Source: a bacterium
GTDB taxonomy: Bacteria > Sysuimicrobiota > Sysuimicrobiia > Sysuimicrobiales > Segetimicrobiaceae
Assembly: GCA_035279545.1 (NCBI GenBank)
Contig: DATEHM010000077.1
Coordinates: 1-63,879, forward strand
DNA length: 63,879 nt
Direction of reading: 5' to 3'
Shown here piece by piece: positions 1 through 12,012 of the stretch. The position numbers were made by a program, and so were the translations under genes. The stretch's first letter is position 1, and each line of letters begins with the position of its first letter. The notes under the pieces were generated by a model. It did not search any database, was not told the origin of the DNA, and was given only the letters and a program-made list of their open reading frames with translations.

Positions 1-514
1 TCGCCCACACCGGTTCGTACGCCACGGCGAGGCGCGGGAGGTCCGCCGCCGCCGTGTCGCGTACCGCGGCCCGCACCTGCCGGGTGATGACGCCATCGGT
101 CTCCCCCGCCTGCCGCTCCTCCAGGCGTTCGCCCACGCAAACGATCGGGGAGAGGCCGGCGGCAAACGCCGAGCGCACTTTCCATCCCACCGCCTCGTCG
201 GTCTCCCCGAAGTAGAGGCGGCGTTCCGAGTGGCCGATCAGCACCGCGCGGCAGCCCACGTCTGCAAGCATCGCCGCGCTGATCTCGCCGGTATAGGCCC
301 CCTGCGGCTCCCAGTGCATCGTCTGTCCACCGAGGACGAACGGCGTCCCCCGCAGGACCTCGGCGACGGCGGTCAGGGCGGTGGCCGGCGGACAGATCAC
401 GACTTCCACACCGCGCAGATCCCGGAGGGCGGCCTTGATCTCGGCGACCAGGCCGAGCGCTGGAGAAACCGTCATGTGCATTTTCCAGTTGGCGACGATG
501 AGGGGGGTGCGCAC
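1..514 (-). CDS. tpiA: triosephosphate isomerase, N-terminal ~171 codons (gene runs off the left edge)
   Basis: Not in the ORF track because there is no stop in the window. My minus-strand translation from GTG (514-512) reads VRTPLIVANWKMHMTVSPALGLVAEIKAAL...GHSERR...VCVGERLEE...AYEPVWA, which carries TIM hallmarks. It starts 2 nt after the pgk stop and fits the gap-pgk-tpiA order. Confidence 0.85.
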   Translation of the reverse strand, partial: MRTPLIVANWKMHMTVSPALGLVAEIKAALRDLRGVEVVICPPATALTAVAEVLRGTPFVLGGQTMHWEPQGAYTGEISAAMLADVGCRAVLIGHSERRLYFGETDEAVGWKVRSAFAAGLSPIVCVGERLEERQAGETDGVITRQVRAAVRDTAAADLPRLAVAYEPVWA

Positions 515-516
515 GG

Positions 517-1694
517 CTAGGCGGCGTCCTCCAGCACGGCGACGCCCGGGAGCACCTTGCCCTCCATAAACTCCAGCGTTGCACCGCCGCCGGTGCTGAC
601 GTGTGTCATCTTGTCCGCATACCCGAACTGCTCGACCGCCGATACGGTGTCCCCACCGCCAACGATCGACTCGGCGCACGACTCCGCCACCGCCTTCGCG
701 ATCGCCCGCGTGCCGCCGGAGAACGGGGCGAGCTCAAACACGCCCATCGGCCCGTTCCAAAGCACGGTCCCGGCAGCCGCAGTGGGGGCGCCGAACGCCG
801 CCTCGGTGCGCGATCCGATGTCGAGTCCCATCCACCCGTCGGGGATGGCCCGGGCCCCAACGACGCGCACCTCGGCGTCGGGCGCCGGGCGCTGGGCCGC
901 GACGACGTCCAGCGGAAGCAGCATGCGGACCCCTCGATCGTTCGCCTCCGCCATGAGCTCGCGCGCCAGGTCGAGTTTGTCCTCCTCGCAGAGCGACGTG
1001 CCGATCTGACCGCCGGAGGCCCGGAGCAACGTATAGCACATCCCGCCGCCGATCAGCATCGTCTGGGCGAGCCGCAGGAGGTTGCGGATGACCCCGATCT
1101 TGTCGCCCACCTTCTTGCCGCCGAGGATGACCACCAGGGGCTTCGTGGGAGCTTCGAGGACCTTCCCGAGAAACATGAGTTCCCGCTCCATCAGGAGCCC
1201 CGCGACGGCGGGGAGGATCTTTGCCACCCCCACGGTGCTGGCGTGGGCGCGGTGGGCGGTGCCGAAAGCGTCGTTCACGTAGATCTGGGCAGTGCTGGCG
1301 AGGGCGCGAGCGAAGGCGGGGTCGTCAGCCTCCTCCTCTTTGTGAAACCGTAGGTTCTCCAGGAGCGCCACGTCCCCCGGCCCCAGCGCCCCTACCGCGG
1401 CGTTGACCGCGGGGCCGACGCAGTCATCGAGCTTGGGGACCGGCCGATGGAGCAATTCCGCGAGCCGTTGAGCCACGGGGTCCATCCGAAGCGCGGGATC
1501 GGGCCCTTTCGGCCGACCCAGATGCGAGGCGAGAATAACGGCCGCCCCGTGATCGCGGAGGTAGGCGATCGTGGGCAGTGCCGCCGTGATTCGGTGGTCG
1601 TCCGAGATCCGCCCCCGCTCGATCGGGACATTGAAATCAACCCGGACGAAGACCCTCCGGTGGGAGACATCGATGTCGCGAACGGTCTTCTTTC

Positions 1695-1698
<4 letters not shown>
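517..1698 (-). CDS. pgk: phosphoglycerate kinase
   Basis: ORF 517..1755. The PGK body is recognisable ([21 protein letters not shown]...GGGDTVSAV). I trimmed the start to GTG 1698-1696, which overlaps the gap stop (GTGA) and gives 393 aa. The upstream 19 aa of the ORF are Arg-rich read-through. Confidence 0.93.
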
Positions 1699-2699
<1,001 letters not shown>

Positions 2700-2805
2700 A
2701 CGCCGCCTCCCTGTCCCGAATGGTGGCCCCCCGCAGGGGAGTGCGCATCCTCCCCAAGAGGGCTCGCCCCCTCTGATTCTACCCCGGCAGGGGTCGTCTT
2801 CCCCT

Positions 2806-3717
2806 CTACGCCAGCCGCCCCTCCTCACGCCCGGAGGGGGCCACCCGAAGCGCCCCCCACTGCAGGGCACCCACGCCCGCCAGCGAGCCGAGCGGCGCAA
2901 CCACCACCACCCCCCGCCGGGCTGGCTCCACGTCAACCACCGACCCCATCGCCGCGAGCCATCCGTCCCGATCCGCGAGCCCCACCAGGAGATGGCGAAG
3001 GGCATGGCGGGGGATATCCGTGAGCATGCAGTGCTGGGGGATGACGCGCCCCTCGTAGACCGCCGGTCGGCCGGCCGGCAGGGCGCCCAGATCCAGCGTG
3101 TGCCGTTGTGCCGAGGCAAAGTATCGGCGAAACCGCATCATCCGCATCGCCCGACGCGCCTCCTGGGGGCGGCTTCGCACATCCGGGGACGAGCGGAGGC
3201 GGTGCACGATGATATCCGATGGGACCCTGGCGAGGATCGGCTCGATCTCGGCGTCCCACTGCAGGGCGACCACGTGCTGCGGCCGGACGTATCTAATCTC
3301 CTGCTCCTTGGCCGCCGCCGCCGCCGGACCCTCCACCCACCCCGTCGTATCGACGACCACGACCTCGGCCCGCCGCGCGCGCGCCCACTCCACCGCCCGG
3401 ACCGTACCCTCAACCACGTATCGGTGGACGTTTCGCGGAGAAGTGTCTCCAACGAAGAAGGCCGCGGTCATGGGAAACTGCTCCATGCTGCGGACGGGAG
3501 TCCGCCCCACCGCCAGCCCGACGGTCGCCGGCGGCCCAATGTCGGACTGCCCGGTGTCGGCGTCGACCACGACCACGGAACGCCGCGACCGCAGCGCCGC
3601 GTTGGCGATCGCGGTGGCGGTGGTCGTCTTGCCCACATCCACAGATCCCAGCATCATCACGACGCCCCGAAGATCCGGGACCGCCTCTGCCGTCTGCCAG
3701 GACTCGGGGACGCGCAC
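2806..3717 (-). CDS. Clp1/Grc3-like P-loop NTPase (polynucleotide 5'-kinase-like, COG1341-type)
   Basis: ORF 2806..3717 with a GTG start. Motifs seen: Walker [38 protein letters not shown], in the order typical of the Clp1 P-loop domain. It lies 28 nt downstream of the atpD stop on the same strand. Confidence 0.6.
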   Translation of the reverse strand: MRVPESWQTAEAVPDLRGVVMMLGSVDVGKTTTATAIANAALRSRRSVVVVDADTGQSDIGPPATVGLAVGRTPVRSMEQFPMTAAFFVGDTSPRNVHRYVVEGTVRAVEWARARRAEVVVVDTTGWVEGPAAAAAKEQEIRYVRPQHVVALQWDAEIEPILARVPSDIIVHRLRSSPDVRSRPQEARRAMRMMRFRRYFASAQRHTLDLGALPAGRPAVYEGRVIPQHCMLTDIPRHALRHLLVGLADRDGWLAAMGSVVDVEPARRGVVVVAPLGSLAGVGALQWGALRVAPSGREEGRLA

Positions 3718-3745
3718 GCCGCGGCCCTCGGCCCGCCCGGGCTGC

Positions 3746-4390
3746 CTACCCCGCGCCGGCCGCCTTCGCCTCGAGCTTCTTTTTGATCCGCTTCAAACGG
3801 AACACATCCTCGCGCGCCCGCTGCTCGAGGACGTCCCGGATGTACCGGATCTCGCCGCGGATGCGGGGGATGACCACCTGTTCGAGCGCGTTCACTCGCC
3901 GGGTGGTCTTCTTGATCTCCTCGCCGATCTTCCGCAGCGTGATCTCGGTGCTGGCAACCTCCAAAATCGCCCCGACGACCTCTTCGAAGTGATCCGCGCT
4001 CTCGATGGTCCGCGCGGTGACGGCCACCGGATCCTGGCCGCGGGCAAGGACCGATCGCCGAACCTCGTTAGTGGTGATCGTCGGGATGCGGGTCCCCCAG
4101 ATGTTCTTGGTCTCGATCTCGACCTCCAGCCGGCGCGAATCGGCCAGCGCGGCCCCCTCGAGCACCTCCCGCCCTTCCACCGCCTTGGCGAGGCTGAGAA
4201 GCGTGTACGCTTCCTCCGCCGACTTGGTAAGGCGCTCGCGCGCGGCCAGGGCCCGGCGCACGATGTTAAAGAAATCGGCGACGAGCGCGTCGCGCTTGCG
4301 CCTCAGCAGATCGACCCCCTGCTGCGCCAGCTTGACCTGGTTCTGGCGCTGGAGCAGGTTCATCCGGGTTGGGCTGATCGTCTCAGCCAT
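3746..4390 (-). CDS. atpD: A/V-type ATPase subunit D
   Basis: 214 aa starting MAETISPTRMNLLQRQNQVKLAQQG.., a coiled-coil central stalk protein. It is the last gene of the G-I-K-E-C-F-A-B-D order. Confidence 0.9.
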   Translation of the reverse strand: MAETISPTRMNLLQRQNQVKLAQQGVDLLRRKRDALVADFFNIVRRALAARERLTKSAEEAYTLLSLAKAVEGREVLEGAALADSRRLEVEIETKNIWGTRIPTITTNEVRRSVLARGQDPVAVTARTIESADHFEEVVGAILEVASTEITLRKIGEEIKKTTRRVNALEQVVIPRIRGEIRYIRDVLEQRAREDVFRLKRIKKKLEAKAAGAG

Positions 4391-4441
4391 TCCGGTCTCC
4401 CTCCTGTGTCGCCGCCCTCATCCCGCCGGCACCTCGCCGCC

Positions 4442-5860
4442 TCACCCCGGCACCTCACCCGGCCGAAACATCCGCTCCATCTGCTCGCCGAAGTAGTATT
4501 TGTCGACGTGGTCGCGGCTGATGCGGGTCAAGGCGCCCTTCGGGAACGTCGACAGCAGCTTCCAGCCCAAGGTCAGCGAATCCTGGATCGAGCGGTCCGC
4601 CTGCCCCTGGGCGATGAAATCCTTCTCGAACCGGTCGGCGAAGCGGAGGTACAGACGGTCGTTCTCCGTCAGCGCCTCTTCACCGATAATCGCGACGAGC
4701 CGGCGCAGGTCAAGGCCTTGCGCGTAGGCGGAGTAGAGCTGGTCGGCCACCTGACGGTGATCTTCCCGCGTGCGGCCTTTGCCGATCCCGTTGTTCATCA
4801 ACCGCGAGAGGCTGGGGAGCGGGTTGATCGGCGGATACCCCCCCTGCCGGTGCAGCGGCCGGCTGAGGACCAACTGACCCTCGGTGATGTAGCCGGTCAG
4901 ATCGGCAATCGGGTGGGTGATGTCATCGTCCGGCATCGTCAAGATCGGGAACTGGGTGATCGTGCCCTTCTTTCCTTTGATGCGGCCTGCGCGCTCGTAG
5001 ATGCTGGCGAGGTCGGTATACATGTAGCCGGGGTAGCCCCGGCGGCCCGGGATCTCCTCGCGGGCCGCGCCGATCTCCCGCAAGGCTTCGCAGTAGTTGG
5101 TCATATCGGTGAGGATAACGAGCACCTGCATATCGAGTTCGTAGGCGAGGTACTCCGCCACCGTCAGCGCCGCCCGCGGGGTCATCAGCCGTTCGATCGT
5201 TGGGTCGTCGGCGAGGTTCATGAAGACGACGCTGCGCGCCAGCGCCCCGGTGCTCTCGAACTCGTGGATGAAGAAGGCGGCCTCGCGTTGGGTGATCCCC
5301 ATGGCGCCAAAGACGACCGAAAACTGCTCGGCCTCGCCGAGGACCTTCGCCTGGCGGGCGATCTGGGCGGCGATCTCGTTCGCCGGCAGGCCCGCGCCGG
5401 AGAAGATCGGCAGCTTCTGCCCGCGCACGAGCGTATTCATGACGTCGATCGTCGAGATGCCGGTCTGGATGAACTCCGCCGGCTTCTCGCGGGCGACGGG
5501 GTTGATCGGGGCGCCGAGGATCGGCAGCCGCTTTTCGGGGATGATCGGCGGCAAGCCGTCGATCGGATCGCCCAGGCCGTTGAACCGCCGGCCGATCATC
5601 TCTCGGCTCACGCCGATCCGGGCGACGTCCTCGCGCAGGCTGAGCGAGGTCTTCACCAGATCCATTCCGCGGGTCTCCTCGAACACCTGGATCACCGCGT
5701 TGCGCTCGGAGACCTCGATCACCTGGCCGCCGCGGGTGCTGCCATCCTGGACGTGGATCTCCACGATCGCCCCGTAGGCCAGGTCGCGGGCCCCCTCCAC
5801 GAACAGGAGCGGTCCCGAGATGTAATTAATGCTGGTGTAGCGCTTGGTCGACAGCTGCAT
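4442..5860 (-). CDS. atpB: A/V-type ATPase subunit B
   Basis: 472 aa with a non-catalytic B-subunit body ([39 protein letters not shown]). Confidence 0.95.
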   Translation of the reverse strand: MQLSTKRYTSINYISGPLLFVEGARDLAYGAIVEIHVQDGSTRGGQVIEVSERNAVIQVFEETRGMDLVKTSLSLREDVARIGVSREMIGRRFNGLGDPIDGLPPIIPEKRLPILGAPINPVAREKPAEFIQTGISTIDVMNTLVRGQKLPIFSGAGLPANEIAAQIARQAKVLGEAEQFSVVFGAMGITQREAAFFIHEFESTGALARSVVFMNLADDPTIERLMTPRAALTVAEYLAYELDMQVLVILTDMTNYCEALREIGAAREEIPGRRGYPGYMYTDLASIYERAGRIKGKKGTITQFPILTMPDDDITHPIADLTGYITEGQLVLSRPLHRQGGYPPINPLPSLSRLMNNGIGKGRTREDHRQVADQLYSAYAQGLDLRRLVAIIGEEALTENDRLYLRFADRFEKDFIAQGQADRSIQDSLTLGWKLLSTFPKGALTRISRDHVDKYYFGEQMERMFRPGEVPG

Positions 5861-5877
5861 GTCCGCTCTCCCTCTCC

Positions 5878-7683
5878 CTAGGCCTGTGTCCCGGCACGGC
5901 GCCCGTCGCCGGGCGCCCCCGCGGCCGCGCCGCCCTTGGCGTGCTCGCCGAAGGCCGCCGGCAACGACGCCAAGAACTCATCGGCGTGCGCCCGGAATTT
6001 GTCGTTCGGCACCTCTTTGAACCGGGCGATCTGCTCGTTCTGCGAGAGGTTGATGATCTCGTCGATGGCCATTCCGCGCTCGAGCGCGGCCGTGGCCGCC
6101 TCGTAAAACGCCCGGATCGCCCGGGCCATCCAGTAGGATTTCTCCAGAGAGCTGGACGCGTCGATTTCGCTGAACGCGCTCTGCTGCAGGAAGAACTCGC
6201 GAATCATCTTCCCGGTCTCGATCACCAGTCGTTCCTGATCCTGGAGGGCGTCGGGGCCGACGAGTTGGACCACCTCCTGGAGTCCCGCCTCCCGGGAAAG
6301 GATCGCGCTCACCCAGCTGCGTTGGTCGGTGAAGTCTTCGGCGACGTTCTTCGCATACCACGAGTTGAGCAGCGTTTCGTACAGGCTGTAGGACCGGTTC
6401 CAGTTGATCGCCGGGAAGTGCCGCCGGTACGCCAGCTGCGCATCGAGCGACCAGAACGTTCCCACGATCCGCAGCGTGCTCTGGGTCACCGGTTCCGACA
6501 GGTCGCCGCCGGGCGGGCTCACCGCGCCCACCACGGTGATCGCCCCGACCCGGTCGTCCGCGCCGAGCACGACCGCCCGGCCCGCCCGCTCGTAGAAGGC
6601 GGAAAGGCGGCTGGCCAGGTACGGCGGATACCCTTCCTCCGCGGGCATCTCCTCGAGCCGGGACGAGATCTCCCGCAGCGCCTCCGCCCACCGGCTCGTC
6701 GAGTCGGCCATCAGCGCCACACGGTACCCCATGTCGCGGAAGTACTCCGCCATTGTCACGCCGGTGTAGATGCTCGCCTCGCGCGCCGCCACCGGCATGT
6801 TCGAGGTGTTGGCGACGAGGATCGTCCGCTCCATCAACGGCCGGCCGTTCCGAGGATCTTCCAGCTCGGGGAACTCCGTGAGCACGTCCGTCATCTCGTT
6901 CCCGCGCTCGCCGCAGCCGACGTAGACGATGATATCCGCGTTCGACCACTTGGAAAGCGTCTGCTGCACGACCGTCTTGCCGCTCCCGAACGGCCCGGGC
7001 ACCGCGGCCGTGCCCCCCATCGCCACCGGAAACAGCACGTCCAGGATGCGCTGACCGGTGACGAAGAGCTCGGTCGGGTCGAGCTTGCGCTTGACGGGGC
7101 GAGGAAAACGCACGGGCCACGTCTGCATCATCCGGATCTCGGTGCCGTCGCCGAGCCGAGCCACGACGTCGGTGACAGTGAACTCGCCGCTCTGAATCTC
7201 CGCCACCTCGCCCCCGGCGCTGTCCGGCGGCACCATGATCCGATGCGCGTACGAATACTCCTGCACCTCCCCCAGGATATCCCCGGGGCCGACGCGGTCG
7301 CCTTTCTTGGCCTTGGGGGCGAACGCCCACTTCCGGGCGCGGTCGAGGGACGTCACGATCACGCCGCGCGAGATGAAGTCCCCCTGGGCCTCCCGGATCT
7401 TGTCCAGCGGGCGCTGGATGCCGTCGTAGATGCTGCTGAGCATCCCCGGGCCGAGTTCCAGCGTCAAGGGGGCATCGGTCGACTCCACCGGCTCGCCGAC
7501 GTACAGTCCCGACGTGTCCTCGTAAACCTGGACGAAGGCCGTGTCGCCGTCGAGGCGGATGATCTCCCCGATCAGCTTCTCTTTGCCGACGCGGACGATG
7601 TCATACATCCGCGCGCCGGCCAGGCCCTGCGCGATCACCGCCGGGCCGGAGATGCGCGTGATTGCTCCCGCTTTCCCTGCCAT
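5878..7683 (-). CDS. atpA: A/V-type ATPase catalytic subunit A
   Basis: 601 aa with Walker [10 protein letters not shown], the non-homologous insert typical of A subunits, and [23 protein letters not shown]. Confidence 0.95.
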   Translation of the reverse strand: MAGKAGAITRISGPAVIAQGLAGARMYDIVRVGKEKLIGEIIRLDGDTAFVQVYEDTSGLYVGEPVESTDAPLTLELGPGMLSSIYDGIQRPLDKIREAQGDFISRGVIVTSLDRARKWAFAPKAKKGDRVGPGDILGEVQEYSYAHRIMVPPDSAGGEVAEIQSGEFTVTDVVARLGDGTEIRMMQTWPVRFPRPVKRKLDPTELFVTGQRILDVLFPVAMGGTAAVPGPFGSGKTVVQQTLSKWSNADIIVYVGCGERGNEMTDVLTEFPELEDPRNGRPLMERTILVANTSNMPVAAREASIYTGVTMAEYFRDMGYRVALMADSTSRWAEALREISSRLEEMPAEEGYPPYLASRLSAFYERAGRAVVLGADDRVGAITVVGAVSPPGGDLSEPVTQSTLRIVGTFWSLDAQLAYRRHFPAINWNRSYSLYETLLNSWYAKNVAEDFTDQRSWVSAILSREAGLQEVVQLVGPDALQDQERLVIETGKMIREFFLQQSAFSEIDASSSLEKSYWMARAIRAFYEAATAALERGMAIDEIINLSQNEQIARFKEVPNDKFRAHADEFLASLPAAFGEHAKGGAAAGAPGDGRRAGTQA

Positions 7684-7736
7684 GTGTCCGTCCTCTCCGG
7701 CGCGGCTCCGCGCCCGCCGCGCTCACGGCGCTCGTG

Positions 7737-8054
7737 TTACTTCAGCTTCACGGCAAACCCAATGTGCTCCTTCACCAGTCGCGCGATGTAGGCTTCGCCG
7801 CTCTCGAGGTGCGCCCGCGGCGCCGGGAGCGGCACGACCACCGGCAGATCTCGACCGCGCAGGAGCCGCGCCCTGGCATCGTCGGTGCCCCGCAGGAGAT
7901 CTTCGTTGACGATCAGCAGCCCGTACCCGGCGGCCGCGTACTCGCGGATCAAGTCCAGCGCGACCTCGGGCGCCGCCGCCTCCCGAACCTCCACCCCGGC
8001 CAGGCGGAAGCCCGTGGCGGTCTCGCTGTCGGTGATGACCGCCACCTTATGCAC
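7737..8054 (-). CDS. atpF: A/V-type ATPase subunit F
   Basis: 105 aa starting MHKVAVITDSETATGFRLAGV.., in the position between subunits C and A. Confidence 0.85.
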   Translation of the reverse strand: MHKVAVITDSETATGFRLAGVEVREAAAPEVALDLIREYAAAGYGLLIVNEDLLRGTDDARARLLRGRDLPVVVPLPAPRAHLESGEAYIARLVKEHIGFAVKLK

Positions 8055-9072
8055 CGACCAACTCCTGCCGGGCGACGTCGGCAGACAATCCCAGCAGCCG
8101 CGCGTGCGCGATCACGCGCAGGTTGCTGACCTCGGCGGCCTTGCGGGTCAAGTACCCGATCACCACATCCAGCGCCAGCGGATCGCCCAACGAGAACTGA
8201 GCGGCCATCCGCTGCGATGCCCGATCGATCGCCCGTTCCACCTCCAGCAGGTTGTCGGTCCCCGCGAGTTCGGCCCCAAACTGCCGAAGACCGGCGGCCT
8301 CGGCCAGGCTCGATTGCGGATCGGCGATGGTGAGGAATTGCGCCGCCGACAGCCCGCCCCCGAGGACGAAGAATCGCTCCCGCTCCTCGCGGGACAGCTC
8401 CTTCATTCGCCGCAGCTTCAGCGCCGTCTTGACGTTGGTGGCGGTGATCTCGGCTCCGAGGAACCGCCGGAAGGTCGCCTCGCCGTCCCCTTCCCCGTCG
8501 GCGACCCTGAGCCCGTGCTGCGCATAGGCTCGGTCCAGCGCCAATTCGATATCGACCAGGCTTCCGCTGCGCTGCGCCGCATCCACGCCCGCCCGCAGCG
8601 CGCGGCCGAGGGGGTGCATCCAGAGCACCAGCGTATCGGCGATCGCCCGGAGGTCGGGCTGCTGGAGCAGCTCGCGCAGCTTGACCTCGCTCAGCACCCC
8701 CCCCGGGTAGAGCGTCGCCAGAATCTCCTCCTCGGTCCTGCCGGTGTGCCGACCTCTAACGATCGCGCGGAGATTTTGCAGATCGTACCGCAACAGCACC
8801 ACTTCGATCTGGCGGCGGGGCGGCCCGTCGGCGAAGCTGAGGATGCGGCGGGTGGCATGATAGAAGTTCTGGGAGAGGGCTTCATCGACCGCGCGCACTC
8901 CCGTGAAGCGGCTGAGCGCTTCCTGCAGCTCCATGTTATACGGTGTCTCGGTCAGCCCCTGGATGAACGTGTCGAGATCGGGCGCCTGCAGCAGCTCCTC
9001 GATGCGGCTCTGGGGCAGGAGATGGGATTTCATCACCTTGACGCGGGCATTGATGTAGGGGAAGTCCCCCAT
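8047..9072 (-). CDS. atpC: A/V-type ATPase subunit C (d-like)
   Basis: 341 aa starting MGDFPYINARVKVMKSHLL.., the typical subunit C/d N-terminus. It overlaps the atpF start by 8 nt. Confidence 0.85.
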   Translation of the reverse strand: MGDFPYINARVKVMKSHLLPQSRIEELLQAPDLDTFIQGLTETPYNMELQEALSRFTGVRAVDEALSQNFYHATRRILSFADGPPRRQIEVVLLRYDLQNLRAIVRGRHTGRTEEEILATLYPGGVLSEVKLRELLQQPDLRAIADTLVLWMHPLGRALRAGVDAAQRSGSLVDIELALDRAYAQHGLRVADGEGDGEATFRRFLGAEITATNVKTALKLRRMKELSREERERFFVLGGGLSAAQFLTIADPQSSLAEAAGLRQFGAELAGTDNLLEVERAIDRASQRMAAQFSLGDPLALDVVIGYLTRKAAEVSNLRVIAHARLLGLSADVARQELVGA

Positions 9073-9105
9073 CGCCGGGCCGCCCCAGCTACCGCGACGC
9101 CGGGC

Positions 9106-9690
9106 TCAGGAGCCCCACAGGGTCTCCGCGACGCGCGATATCAGGATGGACCGCGTCCGGTTCAGCCTGCTGGCCACGGTATTTTCCACGGCGATCCGCC
9201 GGTCCTTGGTCGTGAGGCGCACCCCTCCACGCACGTCGGGGCTCTCCCGAACCTCCACGGACAGGTGGAGCGTCCGGCACGCCTCCCGCGCCGCGTCGGC
9301 GTCCCCGGGAGGCACCTCCAGCGTGGCCCCCGGCGTTTCGATGCCTTGAACCGCCTCCGCCAGCAGCCGCTGCAGAATCGCGCGCCGGCGAGCCGGATCC
9401 CGGCTCGCCCGCTCAAGCTCCTCGGCCGCCCGCGCAAACACTTCCTGGATCGCCTGATCCTTGGCTTCCAGCAGCAGCGCGCCGGCCCGCAGGCTTCCGG
9501 CACTGGCGGCGCGGGTGCGGGCCTGCACGCGCTCATCTTCCAGCCCCTTGCGCGAAGAGGACAGGACCTCCTCCGCGTCCTTGCGGGCGGCGGCCAGGAT
9601 TTCCGCGGCCCGGCGGCGGGCTTCCTCGAGCACCTTGTCCTTCTCGGCGCGGGCTTCCTGCTCAAGGAGCTGAATCAGTTCAGACCCCAT
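9106..9690 (-). CDS. atpE: A/V-type ATPase subunit E
   Basis: 194 aa with an N-terminal Ala/Glu/Arg coiled coil and a globular C-terminus. Position in the operon supports the call. Confidence 0.8.
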   Translation of the reverse strand: MGSELIQLLEQEARAEKDKVLEEARRRAAEILAAARKDAEEVLSSSRKGLEDERVQARTRAASAGSLRAGALLLEAKDQAIQEVFARAAEELERASRDPARRRAILQRLLAEAVQGIETPGATLEVPPGDADAAREACRTLHLSVEVRESPDVRGGVRLTTKDRRIAVENTVASRLNRTRSILISRVAETLWGS

Positions 9691-9719
9691 CGCGATCCCC
9701 TCGAGGGGAATACGGGTAG

Positions 9720-10052
9720 TCAGATCTTCCCATACAGAAAGAAGGCGATGACGAACCCGAAGATCACGAGCGTTTCCGGGATCACCAAGAGCACCAGCAT
9801 GATGCCGAACATCTCGGGGCGCTCCGCCACCACCCCGGCCGCCGCGCCGCCGATCCTCGACTGCGCGATCCCCGTGCCGACGGCGCCGAACCCGATCGCG
9901 ATGCCCGCGCCCACGCCCATCAGGCCCGGGCCGATGCCGAGGCCGCCGGCCTTGCCCGCCTCCTGCGCGGCCGCCATCGCGGTAAAGGACACCACGTACA
10001 ACGCCATCAAGACCAGAACCAACATCGCCCCCCGACGTTTCACCCTATCCAC
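9720..10052 (-). CDS. atpK: A/V-type ATPase proteolipid subunit K/L
   Basis: About 100-110 aa, very hydrophobic and Gly/Ala-rich (GAGIAIGFGAVGTGIAQ...PETLVIFGFV). The start is uncertain: GTG 10052 overlaps the atpI stop, and ATG 10025 is the alternative. Confidence 0.85.
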   Translation of the reverse strand: MDRVKRRGAMLVLVLMALYVVSFTAMAAAQEAGKAGGLGIGPGLMGVGAGIAIGFGAVGTGIAQSRIGGAAAGVVAERPEMFGIMLVLLVIPETLVIFGFVIAFFLYGKI

Positions 10053-12012
10053 CTCCGGTACGTTGGAATGGCCGGTACGGATGTCCCGTATCCTGATAGT
10101 ACTTGAACTTGGAAAAGAACTCCACCCAGAAGAGCCGGGCCGGTTGCAGGATGTGCCCGATGATCGTCAGCCCGAAGAATAAGATGTGGGCCACGGCGCC
10201 GACGAAGATGCCCAGGATGATCTTTGAAAACGCGCCGGTGTAGCCTCCGCCGAGCGTGTTGGCGACGACCGCGAGGGCCAGGGAGGCCATGCCCACGGCA
10301 AAGATTCGGGCGTACGAGATGATGGCGCCGAAGGTGGAGATCGACTCCATCACCCACATCAGACTCCCCAGGGTGAACGAGAGAATCAGGGAGAGCAAGA
10401 ACACCACCGCCGCCCCCAGCATCACCGGGCTGAAAAAGCTGGGCGGCAACACGTGCACCTGTGTGGCGAGCCACAGAAACACCGTGGTGCCCCCGCTGAA
10501 CAGCGCCACGGCCTCGAGCAACTCCTTGCGTTCCCCGTGCCGCAGAGCCTTCGCCATCTGCATGAACAGCCCGAGGTAGACCTGGGCGAGGCCAAACCCG
10601 ATCGAGATGTACAGGTAAATGGTGATCAGCGCCAACCGGTCGAACCACGGATGGAACCCGGGGATGAAGCGGGCCGGGAGATCTCCAAAGACCTCGCCAA
10701 AGATGACCCCGAAGAGGAAGGTCCAGGCCGTCATCCAGCCGAGCACGGTGACCACCGACCACAACACCGTGGGGGGGAGGGTGAACCCGAAATCGATCCC
10801 CGCGATCGCCGCCCGCCAGGGGCGACCGGCGAGCGCTTTCGCCCGCAGCCAGAGCGTGATCCCCAGGAGGAACAACCCGTAGCCGAGATCGCCGATGATA
10901 ATGCCGACCCACAGCGGCATCCCGATGGCGAAGAGGAGGGTGGGGTCGAACGTGCCGTACTTCGGTGGATCAAATATGGCCAGGAACATCTCGAAGGGCC
11001 GGAGCCACTTCGGATTATCGAGCAGCACCGGGACGCCCTCGGCGTGGTGAACCGGCGCCGGTTCATCAAACACCATCACGCCCCGCCCGAACTGCCGGCG
11101 AAGGGCCTCCCGCACCCCGGCGACCTGCCGGGTGGGCGCCCATCCGTAGAGAATGAAGGCGTAGCGGGACTGGGACAGCTGCCCCATCAATTCGAAGCGG
11201 TGTCCCGCGTCACGGACGACGGTCGCGATCGCGCCGATCTCGGCCCGATGGCGCTGGCTCAACTGCATCAACCGCCGGCGGAGCCCCTCAATCTCCCCCG
11301 GCAGCGCCTCGGCGCGAGACCGAAGGTGGGGCACGGCCTGGCCGAGTGGCAGCCCCCGGACGCTGGCCGGCAGGCGCAGTTCGGTGACGCCAGCTCGCGT
11401 GACGACGCCGCGCACCGCCTCCTCGTCCTGGCGAGCGAACGCGACGACCCCACCGATCCGCTGGTCATCCACCGGGCGGCTGGCCAGCTCCACCCGCCCA
11501 CCGGCGGCCTTCCGCAGCTCCGCGCGCATGCCATCCACGACATCGGGGGTCTTGGCGTCCACGACAAACCCGATCGCCTCAACCCGCTTGCTCGCTTCCA
11601 GGAGCGCCAGCAGCGGAGCCAGAAGCTCCAACGCCCGCCCGTACGCGCGCAGGAGTTCTTGCTCCTCTTCGACATTCAGCAGGCGTCGGGTCAGGTCTTG
11701 CGCCTCGGCCTCGACCGGCGCGAGGCGGGCCCGAAGCGCTTCGGGAGACTGACTCGCGTACGACGCGGTGTCCAACGGGGGGGTCTCAATGACGGGAAGG
11801 AGCGCCAGGATGCCCTCGGCCTGCGCCCGCACGGCGTCCAACGCCGCGCGTTCCACCTGATCCTCTTGGGCCAGCCCCCGCGGCCCGATGGCGGGATCCA
11901 CCGGCCGGATATGATCGATGTGCAGGGCGCCGAGCCGCTGGACGGCCTCGATGACCGGGCGCTGCAGCCGGCGAGGGCCGAGCACGGTCATCCGGCTCAT
12001 CGAAACGATCAC
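10045..12012 (-). CDS. atpI: A/V-type ATPase subunit I (a-like stator/proton channel)
   Basis: 655 aa with a soluble N-terminal half and a polytopic C-terminal half. Position after the G-like subunit supports the call. Confidence 0.88.
   Translation of the reverse strand: MIVSMSRMTVLGPRRLQRPVIEAVQRLGALHIDHIRPVDPAIGPRGLAQEDQVERAALDAVRAQAEGILALLPVIETPPLDTASYASQSPEALRARLAPVEAEAQDLTRRLLNVEEEQELLRAYGRALELLAPLLALLEASKRVEAIGFVVDAKTPDVVDGMRAELRKAAGGRVELASRPVDDQRIGGVVAFARQDEEAVRGVVTRAGVTELRLPASVRGLPLGQAVPHLRSRAEALPGEIEGLRRRLMQLSQRHRAEIGAIATVVRDAGHRFELMGQLSQSRYAFILYGWAPTRQVAGVREALRRQFGRGVMVFDEPAPVHHAEGVPVLLDNPKWLRPFEMFLAIFDPPKYGTFDPTLLFAIGMPLWVGIIIGDLGYGLFLLGITLWLRAKALAGRPWRAAIAGIDFGFTLPPTVLWSVVTVLGWMTAWTFLFGVIFGEVFGDLPARFIPGFHPWFDRLALITIYLYISIGFGLAQVYLGLFMQMAKALRHGERKELLEAVALFSGGTTVFLWLATQVHVLPPSFFSPVMLGAAVVFLLSLILSFTLGSLMWVMESISTFGAIISYARIFAVGMASLALAVVANTLGGGYTGAFSKIILGIFVGAVAHILFFGLTIIGHILQPARLFWVEFFSKFKYYQDTGHPYRPFQRTGGG

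Noticed and set aside
3098-5881. 927-aa plus-strand ORF, the longest in the track, antisense to the Clp1-like gene, atpD and atpB.
   Set aside because: It is Arg/Pro/Gly/Asp-rich with no recognisable motifs, and it lies fully opposite three strongly conserved genes. This is a typical stop-codon-poor shadow ORF of GC-rich DNA.
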